From the IMG/VR virus record IMGVR_UViG_2579779149_000003: a stretch of DNA of 22,140 nucleotides; one strand, written 5' to 3'. The position numbers and the translations under genes were made by a program. Below the pieces are notes generated by a model. That model searched no databases, was not told the DNA's origin, and saw nothing but the letters and a program-made list of their open reading frames with translations. Positions 1 to 11,861 of this stretch are shown here, piece by piece (within the stretch, counting starts at the first letter, position 1; each line of letters begins with the position of its first letter). Source of the stretch: a virus (lineage: Duplodnaviria > Heunggongvirae > Uroviricota > Caudoviricetes).

Positions 1-110
1 AGCTCTGCCACACGGAGCGCCAGTTCTTCTTTCGTCCCCGTCAGGCTGACATCACGGTTCAGTTGTTCACCCAGCGAGCGGAGACGGGCAATCAGTTCAT
101 TTTTCGTCAT
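1..110 (-). CDS. FI: Head-tail/DNA-packaging accessory protein FI, N-terminal 36 codons only (gene runs off the window start)
   Basis: Minus-strand ATG at 110..108 translates MTKDELIARLRSLGEQLNRDVSLTGTKEELALRVAEL, which I recognise as the start of lambda gpFI; it sits directly downstream of E as in lambda. Confidence 0.8.
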   Translation of the reverse strand, partial: MTKNELIARLRSLGEQLNRDVSLTGTKEELALRVAE

Positions 111-151
111 GGACTCCTCCACAGAGAAACAATGGCCCCGAAGGGCCATGA

Positions 152-1177
152 TTACGCCAGTTGTACGGACACGAACTCATCAGGGTCAGCCAGCAGCATC
201 AGCGGTGCTGACTGAATCATGGTGAACTCACGCGCCGGATCGCCGGTGGTCACCCAGTTTTTCGGGTAACGGGCAGAGGCGTTAATGCCTTCGCGCTGTG
301 CGTCCGCATCCTGAATGCAGCCATAGGTGCGCAGACCGCGTGCCTGAGTGTTCCCCAGCACCATCGTGTTGTCCGGCAGGAAGTTCTTTTTGACGCCGTT
401 TTCCACGTACTGTCCGGAATACACGACGATGGCCACATCGCCATACATCCCCTTATAGGACACCGCTTTGCCCAGGTCTTTCACCGCTGTCTCCAGCTCG
501 GAATGAGAGCCACGACGGGTATCCAGCTTCTCCTTGACGGCTTTGAAGGAACGGAACAGCGCCCAGCCTTTCGGATCGAACACGATGATATTCACCACAC
601 CGCTGGCGTTCAGCGCGTAGGCTTCGATATCGTCGGTCGGGTCATACGTGGACTTGTCACGCTTGCTCCACTCCGTGCCGCCGGACTGCGTGATGTTATT
701 CTCCTCACTGCGGCCCATATCCACCTCAACCGGATCGAAGGCTTCACCGGTCATGGTGTATTTGCCCTTAAGCACGGCAGAAACTGCCTGCATCTCTTCG
801 ACCTGAGCAATGGCCAGCTCTTCGTCACGCATGTTCTGCATGATGATGCGACGGCGGCGGTAAGCCGGGTCCGCCAGATTCTGCGGATCTTCATCCGGCA
901 GGCGACGCAGGGTCATCTGCGGATTCACTTCATGCTTCGGCTTGACATATCCCGGCGTAAATTCAGAGGTGGAGCCGCCACGGGAACGGATAACCTCACC
1001 GGAAACAATCGGCGAAACGTACAGCGCCATGTTTACCAGTCCCGGAATTTGTGAGAGATAGACTTTCTCCGTGGTGAAGGGATAGCTCTCACGGAAAAAG
1101 AGACGCAGAAACAGCGGATCAAACTTAAATTTCTGCTCATTTGCCGCCAGCAGTTGGGCGGTTGTGTACATCGACAT
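152..1177 (-). CDS. E: Major capsid protein E (lambda gpE-like, 341 aa)
   Basis: Full-length 341-aa ORF starting MSMYTTAQLLAANEQKFKFDPLFLRLFF, recognised as lambda gpE; sits between D and FI as in lambda. Confidence 0.96.
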   Translation of the reverse strand: MSMYTTAQLLAANEQKFKFDPLFLRLFFRESYPFTTEKVYLSQIPGLVNMALYVSPIVSGEVIRSRGGSTSEFTPGYVKPKHEVNPQMTLRRLPDEDPQNLADPAYRRRRIIMQNMRDEELAIAQVEEMQAVSAVLKGKYTMTGEAFDPVEVDMGRSEENNITQSGGTEWSKRDKSTYDPTDDIEAYALNASGVVNIIVFDPKGWALFRSFKAVKEKLDTRRGSHSELETAVKDLGKAVSYKGMYGDVAIVVYSGQYVENGVKKNFLPDNTMVLGNTQARGLRTYGCIQDADAQREGINASARYPKNWVTTGDPAREFTMIQSAPLMLLADPDEFVSVQLA

Positions 1178-1190
1178 AAAAAAATCCCGT

Positions 1191-1212
1191 AAAAAAAAGC
1201 CGCACAGGCGGC
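1191..1212 (-). terminator. Stem-loop plus U-run in the D-E intergenic space (attenuator or mRNA-stability hairpin rather than a full stop)
   Basis: Minus-strand RNA reads GCCGC-CUGU-GCGGC followed by eight U (plus strand a-run 1191..1198, stem 1199..1203 and 1208..1212). It lies inside the late operon, so a strong terminator is unlikely. Confidence 0.3.
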
Positions 1213-1233
1213 CTTTAGTGATGAAGGGTAAAG

Positions 1234-1566
1234 TTAAACGATGCTGATTGCCGTTCCGGCAAACGCGGTCCGTTTTTTCGTCTCGTCGCTGGCAGCCTCC
1301 GGCCAGAGCACATCCTCATAACGGAACGTGCCGGACTTGTAGAACGTCAGCGTGGTGCTGGTCTGGTCAGCAGCAACCGCAAGAATGCCAACGGCAGCAC
1401 CGTCGGTGGTGCCATCCCACGCAACCAGCTTACGGCTGGAGGTGTCCAGCATCAGCGGGGTCATTGCAGGCGCTTTCGCACTCAATCCGCCGGGCGCGGT
1501 TGCGGTATGAGCCGGGTCACTGTTGCCCAGCGGCTGGTAATGGGTAAAGGTTTCTTTGCTCGTCAT
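1234..1566 (-). CDS. D: Head decoration protein D (lambda gpD-like, 110 aa)
   Basis: ORF 1234..1572; the lambda gpD start [12 protein letters not shown] corresponds to the third codon, so start is placed at 1566. C-terminus ...[14 protein letters not shown] matches gpD. Confidence 0.93.
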   Translation of the reverse strand: MTSKETFTHYQPLGNSDPAHTATAPGGLSAKAPAMTPLMLDTSSRKLVAWDGTTDGAAVGILAVAADQTSTTLTFYKSGTFRYEDVLWPEAASDETKKRTAFAGTAISIV

Positions 1567-1575
1567 AAACATCCC

Positions 1576-2181
1576 TTACACTGGTGTGTTCAGCAAATCG
1601 TTAACGGCATCAGATGCCGGGTTACCTGCAGCCAGCGGTGCCGGTGCCCCCTGCATCAGACGATCCAGCGCAGTGTCACTGCGCGCCTGTGCACTCTGTG
1701 GTGCTGCGGCCAGAATGCGGCGGGCCGTTTCCACGGTCATACCGGGGGTTTCTGCCAGCACGCGTGCCTGTTCTTCGCGTCCGTGAGCCTCCTCACAGTT
1801 GAGGATCCCCATAATGCGGCTGTTTTCTGCCGCAACCGCTGCGGTGATCTGCGCGTTCACGTCCGGCTGCGCCGCGCTGGCGTTTTCGCCCTCCGTCGCT
1901 GGCACCACGTCAGTAACGTCAGCCTGCGAAGCAGTGGCTGAAACAGTTGTTGATTGAGTCTCTTTGGTCATTCGCCCTCCTGAGAGACGGGATTTACGTG
2001 CATCCAGTGCATCACGCATGACGGTGATCGCATCGGTGCTGTTAACAAGTTCATCAGCCAGTCCGGCATCAATGGCCTCCTGACCGCTGTACACTGCAGC
2101 CTCGGTATCCAGCACAGCCTGCACGGACAGGCCGGTATATGCCGACACCTTCTGCGCAAACATCTGGCGGGTTGCGTCCAT
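1576..2181 (-). CDS. Nu3: Scaffolding protein Nu3 (in-frame internal start within C, 201 aa)
   Basis: Internal ATG at 2181..2179 in the C frame gives MDATRQMFAQKV... sharing the C stop; this is the known nested arrangement of lambda Nu3. Confidence 0.7.
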   Translation of the reverse strand: MDATRQMFAQKVSAYTGLSVQAVLDTEAAVYSGQEAIDAGLADELVNSTDAITVMRDALDARKSRLSGGRMTKETQSTTVSATASQADVTDVVPATEGENASAAQPDVNAQITAAVAAENSRIMGILNCEEAHGREEQARVLAETPGMTVETARRILAAAPQSAQARSDTALDRLMQGAPAPLAAGNPASDAVNDLLNTPV

Positions 2182-2875
2182 CCGGGACTGCAGTGTCTCC
2201 CGGACGTCATCCGGAAGATGGCTGTAGGGGTTGCCATCCACCTTATGGCTGCCGCTGTAAATCAGAGTGATTTCCACACCCTGTTTCTCCAGCGCAGCAC
2301 CGTAATTACTGTGAGCCATCATGACGCCGATGGAGCCTGTCCGGGCGGTCTGCGTGACCAGACGCCGGGAGGCGGCACTGGCAAGCAGCTGACCTGCACT
2401 GCAGTTCATGTCGTTGGCCAGCGCCCATACCGGTTTTATGTCACGCACACGGGCGATGATGTCAGCGCAGTCAAATGCCCCCGCCACCATCCCGCCGGGC
2501 GTGTCCATATCGAGCAGAATGCCGTCCACCATCGGATCGCTGGCAGCCTGTTGCAGACGGGCGATAATGCCGTTGTAACCGGTCATCCCCGAGTACGGCT
2601 GCAGCGCCCGCGTCCGGCTGACCAGCGTGCCGGACACCGGCAGCACGGCGATGCCGTTCATGACCTGATAACTGCGGGCCTGTCGTGGTCCGTCATCATC
2701 ACCGGATAATGCCAGCGTCGCGAGTGCCTCCTGGGCAGTCAGGCTGTCGCCGGACACCGCATCCATCAGGCGGCTGATCCCAAGCTGGCCTGCAAGCGCA
2801 CAAAAGAAAACCCGCGCATAGGCGGGTTCAAGCATCAGCGGCTCATTAAAAGCCATGCTGGCAATATGCGGGAGA

Positions 2876-2895
<20 letters not shown>
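1576..2895 (-). CDS. C: Head maturation protease/scaffold C (S49-type, lambda gpC-like, 439 aa, GTG start)
   Basis: The ORF is open from 3030, but the lambda gpC sequence (M)TAELRNLPHIASMAFNEPLML begins at a GTG 439 codons before the stop, giving the usual short overlap with the end of B. Contains the S49-like motif LLDMDTPGGMVAG. Confidence 0.9.
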
Positions 2896-6576
<3,681 letters not shown>

Positions 6577-6602
<26 letters not shown>

Positions 6603-7122
6603 TCAGCAACCCCGGTATCAGTTCATCCAGCGCGGCTGCTTTGTTCATGGCTTTGATGATATCCCGTTTCAGGAAATCAACATGTCGGTTTTCCAGTTCC
6701 GGAAAACGCCGCTGCACCGACAGGGGGATCCCGTCGAGAATACTGGCAATTTCACCTGCGATCCGCGACAGCACGAAAGTACAGAATGCGGTTTCCACCA
6801 CTTCAGCTGAGTCTCTGGCATTCTTCAGTTCCTGTGCGTCGGCCTGCGCACGCGTAAGTCGATGGCGTTCGTACTCAATAGTCCCTGGCTGGAGATCTGC
6901 CTCGCTGGCCTGGCGCAGTTCTTCAACCTCCCGGCGCAGCTTTTCGTTCTCAATTTCAGCATCCCTTTCGGCATACCATTTTATAACGGCGGCAGAGTCA
7001 TAAAGCACCTCATTACCCTTGCCACCGCCTCGCAGAACGGGCATTCCCTGTTCCTGCCAGTTCTGAATGGTACGGATACTCGCACCGAAAATGTCAGCCA
7101 GCTGCTTTTTGTTGACTTCCAT
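6577..7122 (-). CDS. Nu1: Terminase small subunit Nu1 (181 aa)
   Basis: 181-aa ORF MEVNKKQLADIFGASIRTIQNWQEQGMPVLRGGGKGNEVLYDS..., recognised as lambda gpNu1; immediately downstream of cos. Confidence 0.96.
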
Positions 7123-7340
7123 TGTTCATTCCACGGCCAAAAACAGAGAAAGGAAACGACAGAGGCCCAAAAGTTCGTTTTCAGCACCTGTCGTTTCCTT
7201 TCTTTTCAGGGGGTATTTTAAATAAAAACATTAAGTTACGACGAAGAAGAACGGAAACGCCTTAAACCGGAAAATTTTCATAAATAGCGAAAACCCGCGA
7301 GGTCGCCGCCCCGTAGCCTGTCGGATCGCCGGAAAGGACC
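7123..7340 (-). other. cos packaging site (cosB-cosN-cosQ); cosN 12-nt cohesive-end sequence at 7300..7311
   Basis: Reverse complement of 7290..7330 reads ...ACAGGCTACG GGGCGGCGACCT CGCGGGTTTTCGCTATTTATGAAAATTTTCCGG, i.e. the lambda right end joined to the left end with GGGCGGCGACCT intact; the following sequence toward Nu1 matches my recollection of lambda cosB. Confidence 0.85.
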
Positions 7341-7434
7341 CGCCAAAATGAAAATAACTATCAATTGTATTTATAGCTATGATATCCAGAATCATTACTG
7401 AAAGACTCTCTTTGATGTGCGCGTGCGATGCGCA

Positions 7435-7459
7435 TAAAAAAGCCCCGCTACTGCGAGGC
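7435..7459 (-). terminator. Rho-independent terminator downstream of the peptidase gene
   Basis: Minus-strand RNA GCCUCGC-AGUA-GCGGGGC (one G-U pair) followed by six U; sits 24 nt after the stop at 7483. Confidence 0.45.
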
Positions 7460-7482
7460 TAATATGGTGTGTAAATAGGTTC

Positions 7483-8385
7483 TTACGATTGCATATTCCA
7501 AATCATAGCATTCCCATTATGGTTTTCTATGATCTTTGCGATCGGGGCTCCACCAAACGAGTGCATGTAACTGTGATGTATGGTCAAAACCAAATCCTGG
7601 AGGACTTGATCACTTTCCAGTTCTGTAACATTCAATCCAATTTTCTGAGCTTTATCGAAATGGATATGTCTCGAATGAGTGTAAGTTGTATGATGATTGT
7701 TCAGCTCTGAGCATACATGAGTTGCTTTTGTTTCTGACTCCGGATCATTTGCAAACATACCCGTCATAAGCCAGTGCTTGACAATCTCATTCGCCCATTG
7801 GATAGCTTTTTCACACTCTCCGATAATAGTGGGGTTGAGTTTCTGAAGTATAAACTGCCACATTTGCACAGCTGCTGGATTGTTAAAAATTTCCGCCTGA
7901 GCTCTATTCCATTCCTCAATAATAGCATGTGTAGAAAATCCATTAAACTGAGGGTCAATCGGGCCAATATTGGACTGTTTACCCATTATGATTTCATTAG
8001 CACAGCACGCAAGCATGGTACCACATGACATTGAAATCATAGGAACGATAGCTCTGATATCAGTCCCAAACTTAGAACGCAGATAATGACCAATAGACTC
8101 TAAGGCAGCGATATCACCTCCAGGGGTATGTAATATTAAATCCACCCCCTTTGTAACATCTAAACCATTAATAACAGTCATTAATCCATTTTTATCATCA
8201 TCTGTCATCAGGGTGAGATGTCGGACTTCTGCACCACCATGTTGCAACCATCCGGAATAATATGTAATTACATTTCTTCCAGTGTGATTAGACAGTTGTA
8301 ATAAATATTTACGGCGAACCTCATCCATCGGACTCTTCTGGGCGAGAGCCGTCATCTCGCCCAGTACGTCACTCCAATTAGGCAT
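7483..8385 (-). CDS. ClpP-fold serine peptidase (S49/SppA-like or SDH-type), 300 aa, AT-rich accessory gene
   Basis: 300-aa ORF with LILHTPGGDIAALESIGHYL and MISMSCGTMLACCAN motifs, resembling the TPGG and active-site serine regions of S49/ClpP-fold peptidases (compare LLDMDTPGG in gpC in this window). No SD; the ATG lies 5 nt after the upstream stop, implying translational coupling. Family assignment is from motif recognition only. Confidence 0.7.
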   Translation of the reverse strand: MPNWSDVLGEMTALAQKSPMDEVRRKYLLQLSNHTGRNVITYYSGWLQHGGAEVRHLTLMTDDDKNGLMTVINGLDVTKGVDLILHTPGGDIAALESIGHYLRSKFGTDIRAIVPMISMSCGTMLACCANEIIMGKQSNIGPIDPQFNGFSTHAIIEEWNRAQAEIFNNPAAVQMWQFILQKLNPTIIGECEKAIQWANEIVKHWLMTGMFANDPESETKATHVCSELNNHHTTYTHSRHIHFDKAQKIGLNVTELESDQVLQDLVLTIHHSYMHSFGGAPIAKIIENHNGNAMIWNMQS

Positions 8386-8390
8386 GGTGT

Positions 8391-8591
8391 TTAGTAGGTG
8401 TAAAGTTGATGATGTGTACTTTGATTTTGCTTAGCCTGCGCTGCAGTACCTTGAGAGTACCAAACGCCGGTACTACCACTCGTACTCGTTTGTTGAGCAA
8501 GTACCCTGGAAGCAAAGTTGTTAACAGTTTCTCCAGTCATCATCTCTGCAGGTTTAATGCCATAGAAATCGTAGAACTCAGCCGGGCTCAT
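8391..8591 (-). CDS. Hypothetical 66-aa protein, first gene of the peptidase operon
   Basis: ORF MSPAEFYDFYGIKPAEMMTGETVNNFASRVLAQQTSTSGSTGVWYSQGTAAQAKQNQSTHHQLYTY with a good SD (AGGAG about 8 nt upstream of the ATG at 8591); its stop is 5 nt before the peptidase ATG. No family recognised. Confidence 0.55.
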   Translation of the reverse strand: MSPAEFYDFYGIKPAEMMTGETVNNFASRVLAQQTSTSGSTGVWYSQGTAAQAKQNQSTHHQLYTY

Positions 8592-8615
8592 AGTGGAATC
8601 TCCTATTGTAGTGCT

Positions 8616-8653
8616 ACATATAGTGTTTTTTTAACACTGAAAACACTATATGT
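8616..8653. promoter_or_regulatory. Nested palindromic operator-like element in the promoter region of the small-ORF/peptidase operon
   Basis: ACATATAGTGTT (8616..8627) and its exact reverse complement AACACTATATGT (8642..8653), with an internal palindrome AGTGTT-TTTTT-AACACT (8622..8638), 25-60 bp upstream of the ATG at 8591. Confidence 0.4.
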
Positions 8654-8676
8654 GCCATTTACTCAATTTCTAAATG

Positions 8677-8700
8677 TGCAAAAAGCCTCAAATGAGGCTT
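8677..8700 (-). terminator. Terminator-like hairpin upstream of the small-ORF/peptidase operon
   Basis: Perfect inverted repeat AGCCTC-AAAT-GAGGCT (8684..8699); on the minus-strand RNA it is followed by UUUUU. Separates the operon from upstream minus-strand transcription. Confidence 0.4.
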
Positions 8701-8853
8701 AAAAAAAATGAAAAGCTGCTTTCTATGGCTGAACTATAGCGAGTTCCCCACATTTTTTACAACCACAAAATGCTCTTTTACGGCAAAACAATTCTTAGAT
8801 AAAACACACAACCATGTCGCACTTACACACATTCGCTTACAAAAGTATTAGTT

Positions 8854-9069
8854 TCAATACATTCTACAGTTAGCCTGCACTGATTTGTTATGCGCCAATA
8901 TGTCCCGCTTCGTCTGCTTATCCTGCACGGTAATATCGTGCTCAGTGAGGTAGATGATGTTCACCCAGTCACAAGCCGTGTCTGTTACTGCAGTTTTTTC
9001 GGGTAAATCTTTCGCGCAACTCACGGTCAACATCGCCATCAGGAAGATGATTAACAATCTGCTGTACAT
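8854..9069 (-). CDS. Putative o-spanin-like secreted or lipoprotein (71 aa), overlapping the 3' end of the preceding gene in another frame
   Basis: MYSRLLIIFLMAMLTVSCAKDLPEKTAV... has a signal-peptide-like N-terminus with Cys18 (non-canonical lipobox TVSC). It starts inside and extends beyond the 8969..9247 ORF, the overlapped Rz/Rz1-type architecture. Confidence 0.35.
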   Translation of the reverse strand: MYSRLLIIFLMAMLTVSCAKDLPEKTAVTDTACDWVNIIYLTEHDITVQDKQTKRDILAHNKSVQANCRMY

Positions 9070-9247
9070 CCCAGGCTCCTTTTGTTGTTTCTACCCGGCG
9101 TATTGCAACGACTTCAGTAGCAGTTGCACGTTCTTTAGTGCGTTGCTGGTTCGCTTTTGTCTCAGCGATACTTGCACCGCGAGATTTACCCAGACCAAAA
9201 GCACCGGCTATTACTGCCAGCAAGGCAGCAATCAGGCCGACAATCAT
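8969..9247 (-). CDS. Putative i-spanin-like membrane protein (92 aa from the internal ATG at 9247)
   Basis: From ATG 9247: MIVGLIAALLAVIAGAFGLGKSRGASIAETKANQQRTKERATATEVV..., an N-terminal TM helix followed by a charged domain. Starts 20 nt after the stop of the endolysin remnant. The longer 166-aa version of this ORF was rejected. Confidence 0.35.
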   Translation of the reverse strand: MIVGLIAALLAVIAGAFGLGKSRGASIAETKANQQRTKERATATEVVAIRRVETTKGAWDVQQIVNHLPDGDVDRELRERFTRKNCSNRHGL

Positions 9248-9269
9248 TTCAATTCCCACATAGACCTCA

Positions 9270-9440
9270 CACCAATGCGGCTTTAGCTTTGACGTAACGT
9301 TCACGGCGGTCTTTAATGCCGTTTTTCCCACCATTAATAATCTGCGTGACGCGCTCCAGATCTTCCGGGTAAAGGAGACAACCACGTAACGTGAAGAACC
9401 AAGCAGCAGAACGGGGAGCATGAGAGACAAACCCGCGAAC
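9270..9440 (-). pseudogene. 3' remnant of a GH19 (chitinase-like) endolysin gene
   Basis: The minus-strand frame ending at stop 9267..9269 translates ...SAAWFFTLRGCLLYPEDLERVTQIINGGKNGIKDRRERYVKAKAALV, matching the conserved C-terminal IINGG-NG-DR-RY motif of GH19 endolysins. The frame upstream has no credible N-terminal catalytic domain and is closed by a stop near 9500. Confidence 0.5.
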
Positions 9441-9677
9441 CATAAACGCGGTAAAAACCCTGTGTGCATCGTTTTTAATTATTCCCGGACACTCCCGCAG
9501 AGAAGTTCCCCGTCAGGGCTGTGGACATAGTTAATCCGGGAATACAATGACGATTCATCGCACCTGACATACATTAATAAATATTAACAATATGAAATTT
9601 CAACTCATTGTTTAGGGTTTGTTTAATTTTCTACACATACGATTCTGCGAACTTCAAAAAGCATCGGGAATAACACC

Positions 9678-9971
9678 ATGAAAAAAATGCTACTCGCTAC
9701 TGCGCTGGCCCTGCTTATTACAGGATGTGCTCAACAGACGTTTACTGTTCAAAACAAACCGGCAGCAGTAGCACCAAAGGAAACCATCACCCATCATTTC
9801 TTCGTTTCGGGAATTGGACAGGAGAAAACTGTTGATGCAGCCAAAATTTGTGGCGGCGCAGAAAATGTTGTTAAAACAGAAACCCAGCAAACATTCGTAA
9901 ATGGATTTCTCGGTTTTATTACTTTAGGCATTTATACTCCACTGGAAGCGCGTGTGTATTGCTCACAATAA
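9678..9971 (+). CDS. bor: Bor lipoprotein (serum-resistance lysogenic-conversion protein, 97 aa)
   Basis: MKKMLLATALALLITGCAQQTFTVQNKPAAVAPKETITHHFFVSGIGQ... matches lambda Bor; opposite strand to the lysis genes as in lambda. Confidence 0.95.
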   Translation: MKKMLLATALALLITGCAQQTFTVQNKPAAVAPKETITHHFFVSGIGQEKTVDAAKICGGAENVVKTETQQTFVNGFLGFITLGIYTPLEARVYCSQ

Positions 9972-10002
9972 TTGCATGAGTTGCCCATCGATATGGGCAG
10001 CT

Positions 10003-10479
10003 CTATCTGCACTGCTCATTAATATACTTCTGGGTTCCTTCCAGTTGTTTTTGCATAGTGATCAGCCTCTCTCTGAGGGTGAAATAATCCCGTTCAGCGG
10101 TGTCTGCCAGTCGGGGGCTGGTTGCATTATCCACGCCGGAGGCGGTGGTGGCTTCACGCACTGACTGACAGACTGCTTTGATGTGCAACCGACGACGACC
10201 AGCGGCAACATCAGCGCGCAGAGTTTCATTTTCAGCTTTCGCATTGGCTAATTCTCTCGAGTACTTTGCATCGAGTGCAGCAACATCACGCTGACGCTGC
10301 TGCATGTCAGCGATGGTGGCGATCGACTGCTTCAGCTCACTGACTTTTTTATCACGCTGTTCTTTGTAGGCGATGGCGTTATCACGGTAATGATTGACCG
10401 CCCACGACAGGCAGACGATGATGCAGATAACCAAAGCATAAATAATCGCGGCGACTCTGCTCACTGCTCTATCCCCCAA
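10003..10479 (-). CDS. Rz: i-spanin Rz (lambda-like)
   Basis: 158-aa ORF with N-terminal TM segment [25 protein letters not shown] and C-terminus ...[23 protein letters not shown], as in lambda Rz. Confidence 0.9.
   Translation of the reverse strand: MGDRAVSRVAAIIYALVICIIVCLSWAVNHYRDNAIAYKEQRDKKVSELKQSIATIADMQQRQRDVAALDAKYSRELANAKAENETLRADVAAGRRRLHIKAVCQSVREATTASGVDNATSPRLADTAERDYFTLRERLITMQKQLEGTQKYINEQCR
10062..10244 (-). CDS. Rz1: o-spanin Rz1 lipoprotein, embedded in Rz in the +1 frame
   Basis: [60 protein letters not shown]: lipobox VVGC and proline-rich tail, lambda Rz1-like. Confidence 0.9.
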   Translation of the reverse strand: MRKLKMKLCALMLPLVVVGCTSKQSVSQCVKPPPPPAWIMQPAPDWQTPLNGIISPSERG

Positions 10480-10994
10480 CAGGCTAATGCGCTTTCCTGG
10501 TCACGACGAATAACCTGTCCATAGCAGTTATTTGAACGTATGCGGCAATCGCGCCCACCATCTTTTATCCACCAGCGAATCGCCTCGCATGCGCCCTTAC
10601 GATCACCGGCATTCAGCCGCTTATAAAACGTCGACGGGAAACACTTACCGGGGCCAATGTTATAGGGACAGAATGACGCTATACCCGCTTTTTGTGGTTC
10701 GGTCAGTGGTACTTTAATATTGCGCTCCACCCATGCCAGCGCCTTATCACGCTCAATGGCGTTGACCTGGTCGCATTTTTCCTTCGACAGTTTCATACCG
10801 GGAAAAACGGGTTTTCCATCCACCATCGTGGCACCCCGACAGATGGTCCAGATGCCGGACCCATCGCGGTATGCCGTTGTGTGGTTACCTTCTTTTTCAT
10901 CCAGAAACTGGTCGAGAATATCAGGCGCGGGCGCACCGACGGCAATCAGTGCCAGAACGGCAGCCGACAGGCCGTATCTGATTTTTGCGTTCAT
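10461..10994 (-). CDS. R: SAR endolysin (T4-lysozyme-type muramidase, RrrQ/R21-like, 177 aa)
   Basis: N-terminal signal-anchor-release-like segment [17 protein letters not shown] followed by the catalytic region [20 protein letters not shown]; resembles the E. coli Qin-prophage lysozyme RrrQ as I recall it. Confidence 0.88.
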   Translation of the reverse strand: MNAKIRYGLSAAVLALIAVGAPAPDILDQFLDEKEGNHTTAYRDGSGIWTICRGATMVDGKPVFPGMKLSKEKCDQVNAIERDKALAWVERNIKVPLTEPQKAGIASFCPYNIGPGKCFPSTFYKRLNAGDRKGACEAIRWWIKDGGRDCRIRSNNCYGQVIRRDQESALACWGIEQ

Positions 10995-11057
10995 GGATAT
11001 TTATCAGGATTTATCGGTTTCTGCCCACGGACAGGTTTATCTGTTCCGGTCAGTGAC

Positions 11058-11408
11058 TTAAGGTTGTGATTCCGGAGGAGTCTTCAGAGAACCAGTAATT
11101 CTTCCCGGTAGCTTTCCTTTGTAGGTTATCCATACATTCTGCGCCTCTAAAATTACGGGGCGCTTTTCCGGCGACTGCTCATCCCCTTCACATAACCCGG
11201 CAGCAACATCCAGGAAGACCTGTCTGATGCTCATTCTGGCTGCTGCCTCATAAAACTCCAGCGCGGCACCTTCAACACGGTCCAGCGAGATGTCCAGGTC
11301 AAAAATTTCACCGTCAAAGCGTTTTTTGTCCCGTAACGCTAAAGTTACCGTAACTTTATTCTCAAAATTGCGGATCCCTTTCACAATCAGTTCATAGTTT
11401 TGAGTCAT
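11058..11408 (-). CDS. Hypothetical protein between holin and endolysin (YdfR-like, possibly DUF1327), 116 aa
   Basis: Soluble 116-aa ORF in the position occupied by ydfR in Qin-type lysis cassettes; family assignment from gene position and vague recollection only. Confidence 0.5.
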   Translation of the reverse strand: MTQNYELIVKGIRNFENKVTVTLALRDKKRFDGEIFDLDISLDRVEGAALEFYEAAARMSIRQVFLDVAAGLCEGDEQSPEKRPVILEAQNVWITYKGKLPGRITGSLKTPPESQP

Positions 11409-11412
11409 TGAA

Positions 11413-11628
11413 TTACTCTCCCCGTGCAGCCTTACGCTTGTCTTCTCTGATTTTGAAGTACAGATTTGTCAGATAAGTCAGGAAGCCCAGAACCAGACTC
11501 CCAAGTACACCAATCGCAGCCCACTGTGACGGACTGACCTGATCAAGCCACTGTAAAAACCAGTAGCCAGCACTGCCTGCGGAGGTGCCGTAGGCAATGC
11601 CCGTTGAAATTTTGTCCATGGATTTCAT
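11413..11628 (-). CDS. S: Class II pinholin (phage 21 S21 / EssQ-like, 71 aa, dual-start motif MKSM)
   Basis: [71 protein letters not shown] matches the S21 pinholin: two TM segments and a Met-Lys-Ser-Met dual start. Confidence 0.9.
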   Translation of the reverse strand: MKSMDKISTGIAYGTSAGSAGYWFLQWLDQVSPSQWAAIGVLGSLVLGFLTYLTNLYFKIREDKRKAARGE

Positions 11629-11788
11629 AGCCTCACCTCCGCAAATAACGGATGGCGTAGTTTTACACTGAGAAATGAAAGGGATTTGAAAAGAAAAAAC
11701 CGCAAAAGCGGGCGAAACGATATATACAGAAAGGAAAGCACTCTATCCAACAAACCACCCACAGTTGATCGGAATAAAAGCAGAGTGC

Positions 11789-11861
11789 TTATGAATGATC
11801 GCCTGCCCGAAGGTTAGTATTTCTGCACAGCAATTTTGCAAAAAAAGGCGATCATTCATAA
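11789..11861. repeat. 16-bp perfect inverted repeat with 41-bp spacer (candidate RNA structure or protein-binding site)
   Basis: TTATGAATGATCGCCT at 11789..11804 and its reverse complement AGGCGATCATTCATAA at 11846..11861. Confidence 0.6.

Noticed and set aside
503-1054. 183-aa plus-strand ORF (and similar ORFs at 1248..1547, 1507..1941, 2218..2709, 4043..4483, 4971..5447, 5775..6542, 6641..7221) antisense to the head genes
   Set aside because: They lie wholly inside well-supported minus-strand lambda head genes and have Arg/Gly/His-rich compositions typical of antisense frames in GC-rich coding DNA; no start signals.
8954-9286. 110-aa plus-strand ORF
   Set aside because: Cys/Phe/Ser-rich low-complexity translation antisense to the spanin-like genes; judged spurious.
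8969-9469. 166-aa version of the minus-strand ORF starting at 9469
   Set aside because: The upstream 74 codons overlap, in another frame, the region encoding the GH19 endolysin C-terminal motif, and there is no SD; only the part from the internal ATG at 9247 is kept as a candidate gene.
9982-9999. Palindrome TGCCCATCGATATGGGCA between convergent bor and Rz as a bidirectional terminator
   Set aside because: Perfect 7-bp stem but no U-tract on either strand; not called a terminator, though it may still pause or bind a factor.
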